DNA of 64,000 nucleotides from an uncultured Nitrospiraceae bacterium (GCA_963727805.1 CAVSHF010000003.1:704001-768000), one strand, 5' to 3'; positions 31,777 to 43,009 are shown, counted from the first letter of the stretch. Numbers and translations are program-made. The notes: generated from the sequence alone by a model not told the origin.

Positions 31777-34491
31777 TTATCCTGTCAATTTAGCCGGTTG
31801 TTCAAGCCCGAGCACGACCTTCACCATGTCGCCGTCATCATAAGCCTGCCTGAACCCGTATTTAAAGCCGAATTTTATCATCCTCCTGTTCTCTTTCAGG
31901 ATCTCCATCCAGAGCGATTTCAATTCAACCTTCCGCGCGATGTCGATGCAGTAATCCATAAGCATATTGCCGATGCCTTTCCCCTGCCACTGATCTGATA
32001 CCAGGATCGAAAGTTCAGCACTTTCGAGATCGGGAAGTTTGCTGAGGCGTACTTCGCCGATCAATTCCTCGACGCCGCTGTCGTCCGTTACAGCAGCCAC
32101 AAAAGCCATTTCTCTGTCATAATCAATCTGGCAAAACCTGACGAGCTTTTCGTGAGGCATGTCTTTAAGCAGGCGAGCGAATCTCGAATAGACAGATTCA
32201 TCCGATAATGATTTCAATAATCGGTACATTATTGGCTCGTCTTCTGCGCGGATGGGACGGATCAGAACAGACCTTCCATCCGAGCTGATCATTTCTCTGC
32301 GATATTGTGCAGGATATGGAGGGATTGATAAATGGGATGGGCAAAGGCCCCCACCCGGGATCTTCACTTCCCTAGATTCTATCTTTGCGATGTGGAGCAT
32401 GCTTGCTTCAAGTGCTGTGACACCACTTTCGGAGAACAGGACTGGGTTAATATCGATCTCATCGATTTCGGGTATATCGATAATCAACTTCGAAAATCGC
32501 ACCAAGACTTCTTCGAGTTTCTTCAGAGAGGCCTCGTATCTTGGCTGGCCCTTAAGAAATTGATATATCCTGGTCTCTTCCATCATGCGTCGCGCCAGGG
32601 TCTGATTCAGGGGCGGGAGACCGACTGAATAGTCTTTCTCCGCTTCGCGAAGATCTCCTCCGATGCCAAATACGATCACCGAGCCGAAATTCAGGCTTCT
32701 CTTAGCGCCCACCGACAGCTCGATGCCGCCTTTTTTGATTACAGGTTGGATTATGATCTTTGTGGCATTGTCTCTCAAGGTTGACGCCTTCTCCTGGAGA
32801 GAATGATAAGCTTCGCAGACCTCATTATCGTCTGTTAGGTTCAGCCCTAATGTGCCATTCCCATGGTGATAGGACAACATCTCAGAGTCGAGCATCAATG
32901 CAACAGGATAACCGAGCCTGTGTGCCACGGCAACGGCATCCGCTTCGCTTTGCACTTTGATTGTCTCGATGGCAGGAATGCCGTATATATTGAGTATTTC
33001 AATCGCCTCATTAAGTTGAAGCAATACGCCCTTTCGGTCTGCAACATTGGCTATTATTGTCTTCACTTTGGCAGAGTCGGCCTCGAAATCGCTGAGGATA
33101 GTCTCGGGTGTTTCACGCAGCAGTTTAAGATTGTAGTCGTATCGATACATATAGATGAAACTCTTCACCGCACGCTCAGGGGCATAATATGTTGGGATGC
33201 CGTGACTGTTGAGAAGATGCATGGCATTGTGAACAGTTTTTTCTCCCAGCCATGCGGTAAAGATCGGAATTTCGGGGTTCGTCTTGGCAGACTTCAATAC
33301 CGCTTCAGCAATACCGACAGGGTTCGCTCCCGGAAACGGCACATATATGACCAGGACGCCATCTACTCCGTCATCGTGCAGGCAAGTTGTTACAGATATC
33401 TCATAATCGGCTGGTGACGCATCTGAGAGAAGACGTACAGGATTTTCGATCTGTAACTTTGGGGCCAGATGGGATTCGATCGTAGCCGAAGTCGCGTTAT
33501 CGAGAAGCGCGAGTTCCCCGCCCATACGGTGCAGGGCATCGACAGCCATTTGTATAGGGACGACCGCATTCGAAATGACAGCCAACTGTTTTCCTCGCGG
33601 CCGCCGCTGCTTCGAAAGGGTCTCTGCCATATCGATAATATCAACCATCTCATTTACTTCTACGGCACCGGTTCTCTTGAACGCCGCTTCATATATCCTA
33701 TCTTCTCCAGCAAGAAATCCCGAGTGGGTCACCGCCATTTCCGAAGAGAGATCGAATCTCCCCGACTTTACCACAACTATGGGCTTCCGATCCGCAAAAC
33801 TCCTCACAGCAGCCATGAATCTTCTGCCGTCCTTTATCTGCTGCACATGCAGGACAATCGCGCGTGTCTGCATATCGACCCCCAGAAAATCTATGAGATC
33901 GGAAAAATTGACGTCCAGCTTGCCCCCAAGCGAGATGAAATAGCTGAATCCGACATTTTTGACGATCGCCCGCTCCAGAAATGCCGAAGAGAATATCCCG
34001 CTTTGAGAGATGAAGGCTATATTTCCTTTTTGCGGCATGGCTGTAAAAAGCCCGGCACTGAGGTTCTTTCCGGGCCTTATAAAACCAAATGTATTGGGAC
34101 CGAGTATCCTGTAACCATAAATCGAAGCAAGTTTCCTGATATCTTTTGATAAACGGTGCGAGTCTCTGATCCGATCTTCAAAATCGGGCGCCAGCATAAT
34201 CACGCCCTTTACATTTTTTTGCCCGCATTCATCAAGTGCGGCATAGATGCCTTCTGGGGCGCAGGCCACTATAGCCAAATCCACGGGATCACAAATGTGA
34301 TTGATGCTCTCGTAAGCCTCGATGCCAAGGATATTTTTATAACTGGAATTAACTGGGTAGATCGCCGCTTTTACACCGTTGTTGATCAGGTTTCTGAGCG
34401 CATAATATCCGATGGAGCTCTCGTCCTCGTCGGCGCCAAGGACGGCTATTGTTTTAGGATCAAAAAGCTCATTCAAATTTTTAAGAGACAT
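31777..34491 (-). CDS. Acyl-CoA synthetase (NDP-forming)/GNAT fusion, protein lysine acetyltransferase Pat-like
   Basis: CoA-binding N-terminus, ISQSG, ATP-grasp-like DINP, C-terminal GNAT (CQIDYDREMA, QGKGIG). Confidence 0.85.
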   Translation of the reverse strand: MSLKNLNELFDPKTIAVLGADEDESSIGYYALRNLINNGVKAAIYPVNSSYKNILGIEAYESINHICDPVDLAIVACAPEGIYAALDECGQKNVKGVIMLAPDFEDRIRDSHRLSKDIRKLASIYGYRILGPNTFGFIRPGKNLSAGLFTAMPQKGNIAFISQSGIFSSAFLERAIVKNVGFSYFISLGGKLDVNFSDLIDFLGVDMQTRAIVLHVQQIKDGRRFMAAVRSFADRKPIVVVKSGRFDLSSEMAVTHSGFLAGEDRIYEAAFKRTGAVEVNEMVDIIDMAETLSKQRRPRGKQLAVISNAVVPIQMAVDALHRMGGELALLDNATSATIESHLAPKLQIENPVRLLSDASPADYEISVTTCLHDDGVDGVLVIYVPFPGANPVGIAEAVLKSAKTNPEIPIFTAWLGEKTVHNAMHLLNSHGIPTYYAPERAVKSFIYMYRYDYNLKLLRETPETILSDFEADSAKVKTIIANVADRKGVLLQLNEAIEILNIYGIPAIETIKVQSEADAVAVAHRLGYPVALMLDSEMLSYHHGNGTLGLNLTDDNEVCEAYHSLQEKASTLRDNATKIIIQPVIKKGGIELSVGAKRSLNFGSVIVFGIGGDLREAEKDYSVGLPPLNQTLARRMMEETRIYQFLKGQPRYEASLKKLEEVLVRFSKLIIDIPEIDEIDINPVLFSESGVTALEASMLHIAKIESREVKIPGGGLCPSHLSIPPYPAQYRREMISSDGRSVLIRPIRAEDEPIMYRLLKSLSDESVYSRFARLLKDMPHEKLVRFCQIDYDREMAFVAAVTDDSGVEELIGEVRLSKLPDLESAELSILVSDQWQGKGIGNMLMDYCIDIARKVELKSLWMEILKENRRMIKFGFKYGFRQAYDDGDMVKVVLGLEQPAKLTG

Positions 34492-34539
34492 GGCTCACCA
34501 CCTCTGTTGTCCGAAAGTACTAGCCGGGATACCTTCCAA

Positions 34540-35217
34540 TCACTGGGGCAAATATTTGCGTAATACTTCGTTAAATAACTTCTCTGGAGACATTAGGTAC
34601 TTTGGGCAATGCTTCACATCAAGACCAGCAAACTTTTCAAGAGGTATGTGAGGAAGCCTGGACAGAATAACTATGGGGACTTTCTTGTCACTCTCTCTGA
34701 TGGCTTTTACCGCCTCCAATGTGTCCTCAGTGTAATCGAATACGATCGCCACTGGGTTGTACTGGCCAAACACGAGTGACATGTCGTTAAAAGTATCCCT
34801 GGTTATGACATCGTAGCCCCCTTCGTGCAGCACCTTTCCGTAAGAGAAGCGGGATGTGGCGTCTTCATCAATCATGAGGACAACTGGAGTTTCATTTGCA
34901 GATTTCATTTTCGTGATCGTCTCGATGAGTACGCGCACGAATTCCTTGTGGTCTGGCGTCAGACTCCCTAGCTCGGCCCCGAATCCATAGATCCTCCCCT
35001 TCTTTCTGGTCGCCTGGCGCACGATGGCGCCGAACAGCATTTTCGTGTCGCCCTCATCAAACTGGATTACAAGAGCCGCACCTCTTTCCATGGGCGCCAA
35101 TGTTTCTATAAAAACACCCGATTCGCTGAGGTCTACCACTCGCGCCTTCATCGATCTGTTGATCGTTACTGGTACATCTACTTGTATACGCTTGTGCCGC
35201 CTCTTTTCTTCAGTCAT
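34540..35217 (-). CDS. PilZ-domain plus receiver-like protein
   Basis: RRHKR and DLSESG PilZ motifs; C-terminal REC-like fold. Confidence 0.75.
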   Translation of the reverse strand: MTEEKRRHKRIQVDVPVTINRSMKARVVDLSESGVFIETLAPMERGAALVIQFDEGDTKMLFGAIVRQATRKKGRIYGFGAELGSLTPDHKEFVRVLIETITKMKSANETPVVLMIDEDATSRFSYGKVLHEGGYDVITRDTFNDMSLVFGQYNPVAIVFDYTEDTLEAVKAIRESDKKVPIVILSRLPHIPLEKFAGLDVKHCPKYLMSPEKLFNEVLRKYLPQ

Positions 35218-35533
35218 ATGCCCTCCAATTTTCCAGAATGCCTCATTCTGTGCGAATTCCGGCGTTCAAATATAGACATTGTTGCATATAAGCGTAAAAT
35301 ATGCATACTTAACAGCGTAATCGCCAAATTATAGCATAATTTAATAGAAACCATTGCCAGAAACAAAAGTTATCCCGTTGCATCAAAAGGTATTGCGTGT
35401 TTCAACTGCGCACAAGTACTCAGCCGGACACACTTAAAAGCATTTAATAGTGGTTAAAGACACAAATATGGCTAGGCATAGCACGGGGCGAAAATTGCAG
35501 TGTCGTGAGATTTATATATCTGCCCGTCGTTTT

Positions 35534-35989
35534 TTACTTTTGGGGTTTTGCAAGAAACCATGTGAATGTGCTTTCAAAGGTGACGTTCTTCCCCTCATCC
35601 ACGATCTTTACCATGACGTCCACAAGGGTCCGTCCCTTTTCCGAGAGGTCTTTCTTCGCCTTCATGGCTCTGTCTGCTTCAATAAAGCCTTTTGAAAATA
35701 GTCTTCCCTTTGCTGGGTTTCTATACTTGACTTCAACCCTCCTCACCACTGGGAAATAAGCTCCGTTCCAGTCACCAAAGTTTCTTTCCAGGATCTCACC
35801 GCTTGAGGCTTCAGCCAGTGCATATTCAGCAGATGCATGCATAGTGCCTAAATGATTCTGATATATTACACGGTCTTCAAGCATAAGAATCGTGTCGGGG
35901 ACATCCGACTTCTTTATCAATAGGATCTTATTAAAAGGCAGGTTTAAAACATTCATTTTCTCATCATCTATTACTAAAATCTTCTTCAT
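35534..35989 (-). CDS. Hotdog-fold thioesterase-like protein (DUF4442/YiiD-like)
   Basis: NHLGTMHASA, PVVRRVEVKYRNPAKG. Confidence 0.75.
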   Translation of the reverse strand: MKKILVIDDEKMNVLNLPFNKILLIKKSDVPDTILMLEDRVIYQNHLGTMHASAEYALAEASSGEILERNFGDWNGAYFPVVRRVEVKYRNPAKGRLFSKGFIEADRAMKAKKDLSEKGRTLVDVMVKIVDEGKNVTFESTFTWFLAKPQK

Positions 35990-36220
35990 AGCTTCCTTCC
36001 CATATGTTTCCCAGAATGCTCATTACTGGGCTAATTAGCTTCATTAAAATCTTGCCAAGAGATAGAAACCAGCGGCAGGCCCCGACACAAGGTTCTGATG
36101 CATCAATTAGTGAGGTTATGCCTTAATGTATCTTTTGTCCTGCTTTATCTCGGGTCATAATCTTTTTCTCGATCTAGCATTAATTCATCTGTACCACTCT
36201 TCATTCTAACTCTCTATCAC

Positions 36221-37180
36221 CTATTTCGCCGGTTTCCATGTCTCGTCAGGGTCATACTTTTTCACAGCTTTTGCAATCTCTTCTGTTTTTGGCCCCAGGT
36301 CTTTCTCATAGACAATACCCTGTTGGTTTACCATAAAGGTCATGACGCCGGACGCCCCATACTCCGCGGGGTATGCCAGCAGGCCAAACCCGGCTGTCAT
36401 CTTGCCGTTTACTATATAATCAACTTCGCCGCCTGGAGCCTTGCTCCCCTGGCTTTTCAATATATTGAAATAATAACCATGGTATGGCTTATGCTTCTCA
36501 CCAGGTTTTCTGGCCGTGTATCCCTCGTCCGTGGCTTGCGCTACTAACGGCCCCAAAGGACTGCTTTCCTCTCCTGCTGAAGCCTTCCAGTATAGACCGT
36601 CTTTCTTGCCTTCATGGCTCCTAAATCTCTGTGCGTATTGCACCGCTCCGCTGCCATCACGGTCCTTACTGGCATATTCACGCTGCGCATCCACATAGGA
36701 CAGCGCAACCTCGATAGTGCTTAATTCATTCTTGCCTATCCTCCGGTTTATGATTTCCTGCTTGCCATCGTCCGTCGAAAAGACCCATTCCTGACCTGAT
36801 CTCACAATAGGAATAGGAAAACTACAAGCGTCCTTCCCGATTACAGCCAATACCGTATTGTCGTCTAACTTTGAAAATTTAACCGTCTCTCCGGCGGCTT
36901 CAACGAACCGTTTACGGGCATTTCTGTCTGCAACAGCATCGCCAGACGATATGATATATTTTCCCTGTGGGCCGAAGATGGCCATTAATCCCACTGTATC
37001 ATTGGTCTTTGCGGCCTCGATGAGCGCTCCAAATGCATCTTCAGGTGATTTGAACTTCTCCTGCTTTGCGTCCTGGGCAGACACTGATAAGCTAAAGGCA
37101 ATTACTGCACTTATTGCGATTATGAACCCCACTATTCGCTGTCCGTACAGGTTTCCAAGCTTTATTATATAGTTAGACAT
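36221..37180 (-). CDS. DUF2950-family exported protein
   Basis: SPEDA, RRIGKNE, DGLYW, PYHGYYF, PAEYGASGVMTF. Confidence 0.85.
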   Translation of the reverse strand: MSNYIIKLGNLYGQRIVGFIIAISAVIAFSLSVSAQDAKQEKFKSPEDAFGALIEAAKTNDTVGLMAIFGPQGKYIISSGDAVADRNARKRFVEAAGETVKFSKLDDNTVLAVIGKDACSFPIPIVRSGQEWVFSTDDGKQEIINRRIGKNELSTIEVALSYVDAQREYASKDRDGSGAVQYAQRFRSHEGKKDGLYWKASAGEESSPLGPLVAQATDEGYTARKPGEKHKPYHGYYFNILKSQGSKAPGGEVDYIVNGKMTAGFGLLAYPAEYGASGVMTFMVNQQGIVYEKDLGPKTEEIAKAVKKYDPDETWKPAK

Positions 37181-37245
37181 TGTCCCTTCCTCCATATATC
37201 GTTGGCATCCTGATGCTCCCTCAATAATGCACCGCAGAGCTGCTC

Positions 37246-38307
37246 TTATCGCCGCCCTCCGCCATGGAATCCTCCACTCTGCGCGCCGCCGCGGGGAGCT
37301 CCAGCACCGCCCCCATGAGGTACTCCTCCGCCCCCGTGGCCTGCAGCAGGGAGCTGGCCGGCACTCGAGCGGCTTTGGAACCCCCGATCGCTAGCAGCGT
37401 GCTCACTCTGTCTGTCCACAGAATGATGAAAGGCGCTTGAACGAGCTCCTTCAGTGCTCGGGGTTAATCCATAGCCCCGAAATTCTTTGACCGGTGCCGG
37501 CCCGGTCAACCCCCGACTTCTCTGGAACACTGCCTCTGCTCCGCCCCGTGCGCTAGGATTGGTCCCTCCCGTGCGCCCTCCAGCCGACAAATTAGCGCCG
37601 CCAAATCTGTTGGCCGGTGAGATGCGGGATATCCCACCCGTCCTGGCATCACGGAAATGATTGGTGACAAATCCTTCGTGGTCATGCCCATCATGATGCC
37701 AATGCACCCTCACATGAAAGTCTGTCAATACAAAAAAGCCGGGAAACCAGAAGTCTGACCACCAAAATGGATACGGAACCCAGTCATAAAGGTATGCATA
37801 GTCCGGAGGTGGAGCATAGTAGGTGACTGCCGGTGGGCCCTCATTATCGTAATAATCGTTTCCCCCTGTGGAATCAGGATAAGTTGGTGCAGACATGTCA
37901 TTGGCAAACCTGCCTGAGGTATCAGCAGTTACTGGTAAACTAAAGCTGCTTATCGCATCCTGAAATACTTGCAGGGCCGCATTTTTTGCGATGCTTACTT
38001 TGCCCGAGTCGGCAGACTCGCCTATTGCCGCCTCTAATTCTCCAACGATGTCGGGCGTAACAGGGTAATCGGCAATCCAGCCATTACGCGGCGCTATGCC
38101 GGCCGTGCTTAGTAAGTCTTCAGCTTCAGCCTCGTTTTCCGTTATCCCCAGCTTGAAATCGCCGGCAAGTTTGACTGCCAGGGTTCCTTCCCGGATCAGA
38201 GGCTGCGATATCGCAGAACTCGTTGTCCCCGCCGGCGGGCCTGTCTGCGCATGCACTATGAAAGGTATCATAACGAAAGCCATTAATATCATCAGCAGGC
38301 TTCTCAT
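37246..38307 (-). CDS. Exported hypothetical protein with Gly/Arg-rich tail
   Basis: Signal peptide, GGAGG RBS, YYAPPPDYAYLYDWVPYP motif, low-complexity C-terminus. Confidence 0.75.
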   Translation of the reverse strand: MRSLLMILMAFVMIPFIVHAQTGPPAGTTSSAISQPLIREGTLAVKLAGDFKLGITENEAEAEDLLSTAGIAPRNGWIADYPVTPDIVGELEAAIGESADSGKVSIAKNAALQVFQDAISSFSLPVTADTSGRFANDMSAPTYPDSTGGNDYYDNEGPPAVTYYAPPPDYAYLYDWVPYPFWWSDFWFPGFFVLTDFHVRVHWHHDGHDHEGFVTNHFRDARTGGISRISPANRFGGANLSAGGRTGGTNPSARGGAEAVFQRSRGLTGPAPVKEFRGYGLTPSTEGARSSAFHHSVDRQSEHAASDRGFQSRSSAGQLPAAGHGGGGVPHGGGAGAPRGGAQSGGFHGGGRR

Positions 38308-38745
38308 TTTTAAACCTCCTTGATCCGTCCATAATGAGGAACTGACCAACTATTTATAGTATGATTAAAAATTTACTAATGCACAACTTCTCAGTCCGTT
38401 CACGGCCTGAAATGTGTGCGCACTGGTACATTCATTCTGTTCATGTTTATCAGATTCCTAAAAAGAGTTGTTCGCGGTTGTTTGTATTCGCTAAAAGGCA
38501 CAACGCAGCATTTTCAACGTGTGCATAGCGCAAAAAGATACTTCTCCTTGTCAATTCTCGATCCAATGAACCTTTAAACTAAAGGTCTCACTTAGAACAT
38601 TATTAAAGCGGGCACAACACTAACGGGGAGGTTGAGAGGGCTTAGGTCCCATCGGGTACTAACACCACTAAACTTCCGAGCGGTCATGTGATAGATCACA
38701 TGAGCCGGACCTTAGATAGGTGCCGGCCCTCCTCTCCATCAGTCC

Positions 38746-39189
38746 TTACGGTTGTTTAAAAATGTCCGTTACGATTAAAACTGCCGGACTTGTCCCTTTG
38801 TTCTCGAGCCAGTGGATCACATTCCCCTCTTCGGACCAGTTTTGCCCCGCCCCATACTCTTTCGCCACGTCGCCACGGTGTTCCATAACTGTTCCCTTAA
38901 GGATATATGCAGCTCCGGGCCGATCTTTGTGACTATGTACTGCGAGGACTCCGCCAGGCTCGATCGTTAGCATCCGGAGCCGGAGCTGCCGACCTTGCAT
39001 CCCAATGATCTCAGGACCGAGGTCCACTACGGAAAGCGGAGTAATGGTTATACCTTTGTTCTCAGTCGGCGCAGCCTGCTGAGCGCTCGCGTTACCAACT
39101 CCGATGGCAAGCCCGAACCCCAGGAGCCATGCGGCGATTATAACAGTGCCAAAGAGAGCCCTAATACTAAAACATTTTTTCGTAGCCAT
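38746..39189 (-). CDS. Exported cupin-domain protein
   Basis: EPGG...HSHKDRPG..YILKG...HWLENKG. Confidence 0.85.
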   Translation of the reverse strand: MATKKCFSIRALFGTVIIAAWLLGFGLAIGVGNASAQQAAPTENKGITITPLSVVDLGPEIIGMQGRQLRLRMLTIEPGGVLAVHSHKDRPGAAYILKGTVMEHRGDVAKEYGAGQNWSEEGNVIHWLENKGTSPAVLIVTDIFKQP

Positions 39190-39309
39190 AATCGTTTCCT
39201 CCGTTCTTGTTTTGTTAAAGTGTTAGCCCCTTACTTCTTATCTAGTTTAGTCTTGACCTCCACGGTAATTGCTACGTTTTTCCATCTCCTGCAGCACTGA
39301 GTGCACCTG

Positions 39310-39947
39310 GTCGAGTAGGCCGGTGGAATCGCACCACCAGCCCCTCACAGATTCCGTACGTGAACCTCTCGATTCATACGGCTCGTGTCAATCATCAAGT
39401 TGAGTCTTTGCAGTCTCAACCATACACATTGAGCGATAGTTCCTCCTGGTCACCCAGTTGACTGGTACTCTTTGTGGATTGACCCATCCCCTTCCCTCCA
39501 CGGCTTATTATCACCGCTTCATCGGTACTATTGGACGGTCCGACCCCTTCACCTGCATCGATACTTTCCCCCTTCGTTTGCACTTATAGGGTTTTCTCTT
39601 AGCATCAGATGAAGAGTTCCCGCGTTCCACACAGGAGCCTAGATCAGCTTCATGCCGCCTCTATGCCGGACGCCGTTCAGGCAGTAAACAGGTATCTCCT
39701 GAACTAATCCTGATGCAAAGTAAGAACATCAGTTTTGACGTCGTCCTTTTCCTTTCGACACCTCATCAGCGGTTCGCTTACGCTCATCTCTCTGATCCAT
39801 CCCTGACACGATCTAGTCGTGCCTTTTCCTTTAACGCTCACCACCGGAGCCTTTCGACTACAGCAGCTTAAGGTGGGTTGAAGCCTGCTCCTGCAAGCCG
39901 GCTTCGAGGGGCCAACCCTCATCTTCCTGTGCAGCCTCGTGGCGCAC
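39310..39947 (-). mobile_element. ORF-less group II intron (638 nt)
   Basis: 5' GTGCG; domain V GAGCCGTATGAATCGAGAGGTTCACGTACGGAATC (39350-39384); domain VI with A at -7 and 3' end ...CTACTCGAC; no RT ORF. Confidence 0.88.
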
Positions 39948-40508
39948 TTACTCGGGAATCCTTCAGAAACTCCCGACGGCTCACTCCACTCTCCATAGTC
40001 CACCTCCTTCGTACCTCACATCAGCTTCCCCGAAAGTAGCTGAACATACAGCAAGTTTCTCCTCCGGTAGCGCCGCTATCTTATGCTATGGCCAACCACC
40101 TTCGTCCCCTCAAGCGTTTGGCTTTGTCGGGACATCCTTAATTAAGTTTATAAATGCACTTTCGGGGTGTCAATCAGATTTATTTATCTGATCTGATTAT
40201 ATTTTGCAAACCATAGAGCTGATCAGTTCCTTGTGCGTGACTACAGACAGTAAGTGAGTCCGCCCCGCCTCCTGTCGCAGTAATCCTGATCGCTTCGTTT
40301 CTGAAATAGGTAAATATTTTCAACTTCTCTTAAAATATGTACTATTCTTTGGGGTTTTCAGGTGGCAGTTTCGTTGGAATGGAGGGCAGAGTTGCAACGG
40401 ACTAAGTGGTAGATTTCGCCGGAACCAGCAACATCTAATATTCTTGCTCAGTTAGAGTACTTAGCGTATTATAACAACAATGGTATTAATAATATTGAGA
40501 GCGCTCTA

Positions 40509-40835
40509 ATGAAAAAGTGTCCCTTCTGCGCTGAAGATATTCAAGACGAAGCGATAAAGTGTAAGCACTGCGGTGAGTTTCTGCATGCCTCCACCCCATC
40601 ACGCTTTGCAGAAGAAAAATTGCCATGGTATTTCCGAAAAGCCTTTATTATCCTCGCATTCCTCTCTATTGGACCTCTGGCGCTGCCCCTGATTTGGTGG
40701 CGTCCACAAACGTCGCGGGCATGGAAGATCGGACTTACCGTAGTAGTACTCGTTCTCAGTTGGATCTTGTTCCAGGCCACGATGGAATCCATTCGAATAA
40801 TCAAAGAGTATTACAAGCTACTTGAAGGAATATGA
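40509..40835 (+). CDS. Zinc-ribbon membrane protein
   Basis: KKCPFCAEDIQDEAIKCKHCGE plus two TM helices. Confidence 0.8.
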   Translation: MKKCPFCAEDIQDEAIKCKHCGEFLHASTPSRFAEEKLPWYFRKAFIILAFLSIGPLALPLIWWRPQTSRAWKIGLTVVVLVLSWILFQATMESIRIIKEYYKLLEGI

Positions 40836-41057
40836 AATTAGCTATAGCGCCGCCCGTTAGGATCTAACTTCATCCTCCATAACTAACGCTGCAGAAATCT
40901 CGCAAAGATGTTGATTTGGAATTCTTCATTTTTGAGAAGACTACCAAACTGAGTGCCAGCAGGTGTGATCGCAAAAAAGTGGATATGAATAGTTCGGGGT
41001 AAAATATGCAGAGTTTGGATAAGGGGACTTTCTGGAACAGTGCCCTGAGGCTGATTC

Positions 41058-42554
41058 TTACTTGCCTGCACTCTTATCGGCATCAGGCATGCTTTTACAT
41101 ACAACTCTGTTCCTTCCCTCTTGCTTGGCAAGATATAAGGCATCATCAACTCTTTGGATGAACCTGTCGATATTCTCTCTTTTACTGTATTCGGTGACAC
41201 CGAAGCTTGCAGTCAATTCCTTGATACCAGCAAAATTGTTTATCTCTAAAATGCACCTCAATTTCTCTGCCGCAAGACGGGCTCCCTCTACTGAAGTTTC
41301 GGGAAGAACTACCATGAACTCCTCGCCACCCCATCGACCAAACGAATCGAGGGTTCTGAGATTGGCTTGTGCTAGTGATGCTACTTCTCTCAGAACACTG
41401 TCACCGACTAAATGCCCATATGTGTCGTTTATCTTTTTAAATTTGTCTATGTCGAACATGATAAGCGATAACGGACGATTATAACGTATCGCACGCTCTC
41501 GCTCTTTTGAAATAATATGGTCCAGTGCTTGACGGTTTATAAGAGCCGTAAGCTTGTCTATTGAGGCAGCTTTTATTAGCTCCTTTTCAAGTGCTTTTCT
41601 ATCGGTTATGTCGATGCCAGTGCTGATAATGCAACAATCGGCTTCTCCTTTATCGAAAAATATGGAATTAATCCATGCGACTGTTCTTTCTGAACCGTCG
41701 ACAGCAACGAAGCTCGTTTCATAACCATTGATAAATGGCATATCTTTGGCATTAGCAATTGCAAGACGGTGTATGCTTATATCTTCAGCAACGGCAAACA
41801 CATCCCAGAGGTATCGGCCCTTCACATGGTCACTGTTAATGCCGGTCAAACGCTCGCATTCGGCATTGTATCGAATTATTGCCCCTTTAGGATCAAGCAC
41901 GACAATCAGGGTTGAGGTCGTATCCAATATTTTGGCAAGAAATTTACGCTCCTTTGCAAGTATCTTTTCAACTTTTTTACGCTCCGTGATATCCCGAATA
42001 GCAGCTACATGGACCATACGTCCCTGATAGTCAAAATAGCTGCTGGCGATCTCGACTGGAAACACTTTACCACTTTTATTGCGGTGCCAGCGGAAGGGAA
42101 TATGTGTCTGGTGTGTGGCTACAGCCTCACGGGTCTCATCCGGTTCCGCGGATATATCATCAACTTTTAAAAGGAGGAATTCTTCGCGTGTGTAAGCGTA
42201 GAGATTCAACGATGCGACGTTAGCGTCAAGAATCCGGTTAGTTTCACAATCCACCAGGAGTATCGCGTCGGACTCAACCTCGAATAGGCGGCGATACCGC
42301 TTCTCAGTTTCACGGGCATGAATAATTAAACAAACAAGAAGATAACATACAACCAGAGAAACAAAAAAAGAGCAAACGAGACCCGTAATACATAAATCAT
42401 GAGTAACTTCCCCGTGAAAATAAATACTCATTGGTATTACTATAATCTGCGTGAAGATTATCGCTAAAGCTATTGATAACCCAATAAGGCGGGCTGGTTT
42501 CATCGATATCAGCTTGTCGATGAGTAGACTTTTACCTGAAGGCAATAGTTGCAT
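41058..42554 (-). CDS. Membrane PAS-PAS diguanylate cyclase
   Basis: 2 TM, 2 PAS, DKLT, GGEEF with RxxD I-site (RTLD). Confidence 0.9.
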   Translation of the reverse strand: MQLLPSGKSLLIDKLISMKPARLIGLSIALAIIFTQIIVIPMSIYFHGEVTHDLCITGLVCSFFVSLVVCYLLVCLIIHARETEKRYRRLFEVESDAILLVDCETNRILDANVASLNLYAYTREEFLLLKVDDISAEPDETREAVATHQTHIPFRWHRNKSGKVFPVEIASSYFDYQGRMVHVAAIRDITERKKVEKILAKERKFLAKILDTTSTLIVVLDPKGAIIRYNAECERLTGINSDHVKGRYLWDVFAVAEDISIHRLAIANAKDMPFINGYETSFVAVDGSERTVAWINSIFFDKGEADCCIISTGIDITDRKALEKELIKAASIDKLTALINRQALDHIISKERERAIRYNRPLSLIMFDIDKFKKINDTYGHLVGDSVLREVASLAQANLRTLDSFGRWGGEEFMVVLPETSVEGARLAAEKLRCILEINNFAGIKELTASFGVTEYSKRENIDRFIQRVDDALYLAKQEGRNRVVCKSMPDADKSAGK

Positions 42555-43009
42555 ACCAGATAGCCCCTTTTATCATAAAAAAGGAAGTTTACTTGATATT
42601 AGCACACAAAGGGTCTTAATGGATTTTTGAATAACCCTTCTTCGTATTAAAGATTCATAACTTTGCCCATCATATTACTTAACCTTACTAACATATTGCC
42701 ACACACATCATTTTCCCATTCATCCCGGGTTAAATTATTCGCAAAACACTTCCGCAAAAAAAGCACAAAGTATTCGATACCGCATGCGGCTGTTGGTTTC
42801 ACAAAATTGGCTAGTAGAGATTAAAAAATTATAACAGACAATAAGGAATGAAGATATGAGGTCTAGTTTGGTGGTCGATTAATTTAAGACACACTAAATT
42901 CTTCTTCGAAAACAATTATGTCGCAGATATTTTACCTTGTCAATTGTGATAATACATTTTCTCCATCAAGGAAAATTCCTTAAAAAAGCTACAAATGAAC
43001 GAATATCGG

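Noticed and set aside
39704..40003. 99-aa ORF as an intron-encoded protein
   Set aside because: Spans the exon-intron boundary and domain I, has no RT motifs; likely spurious
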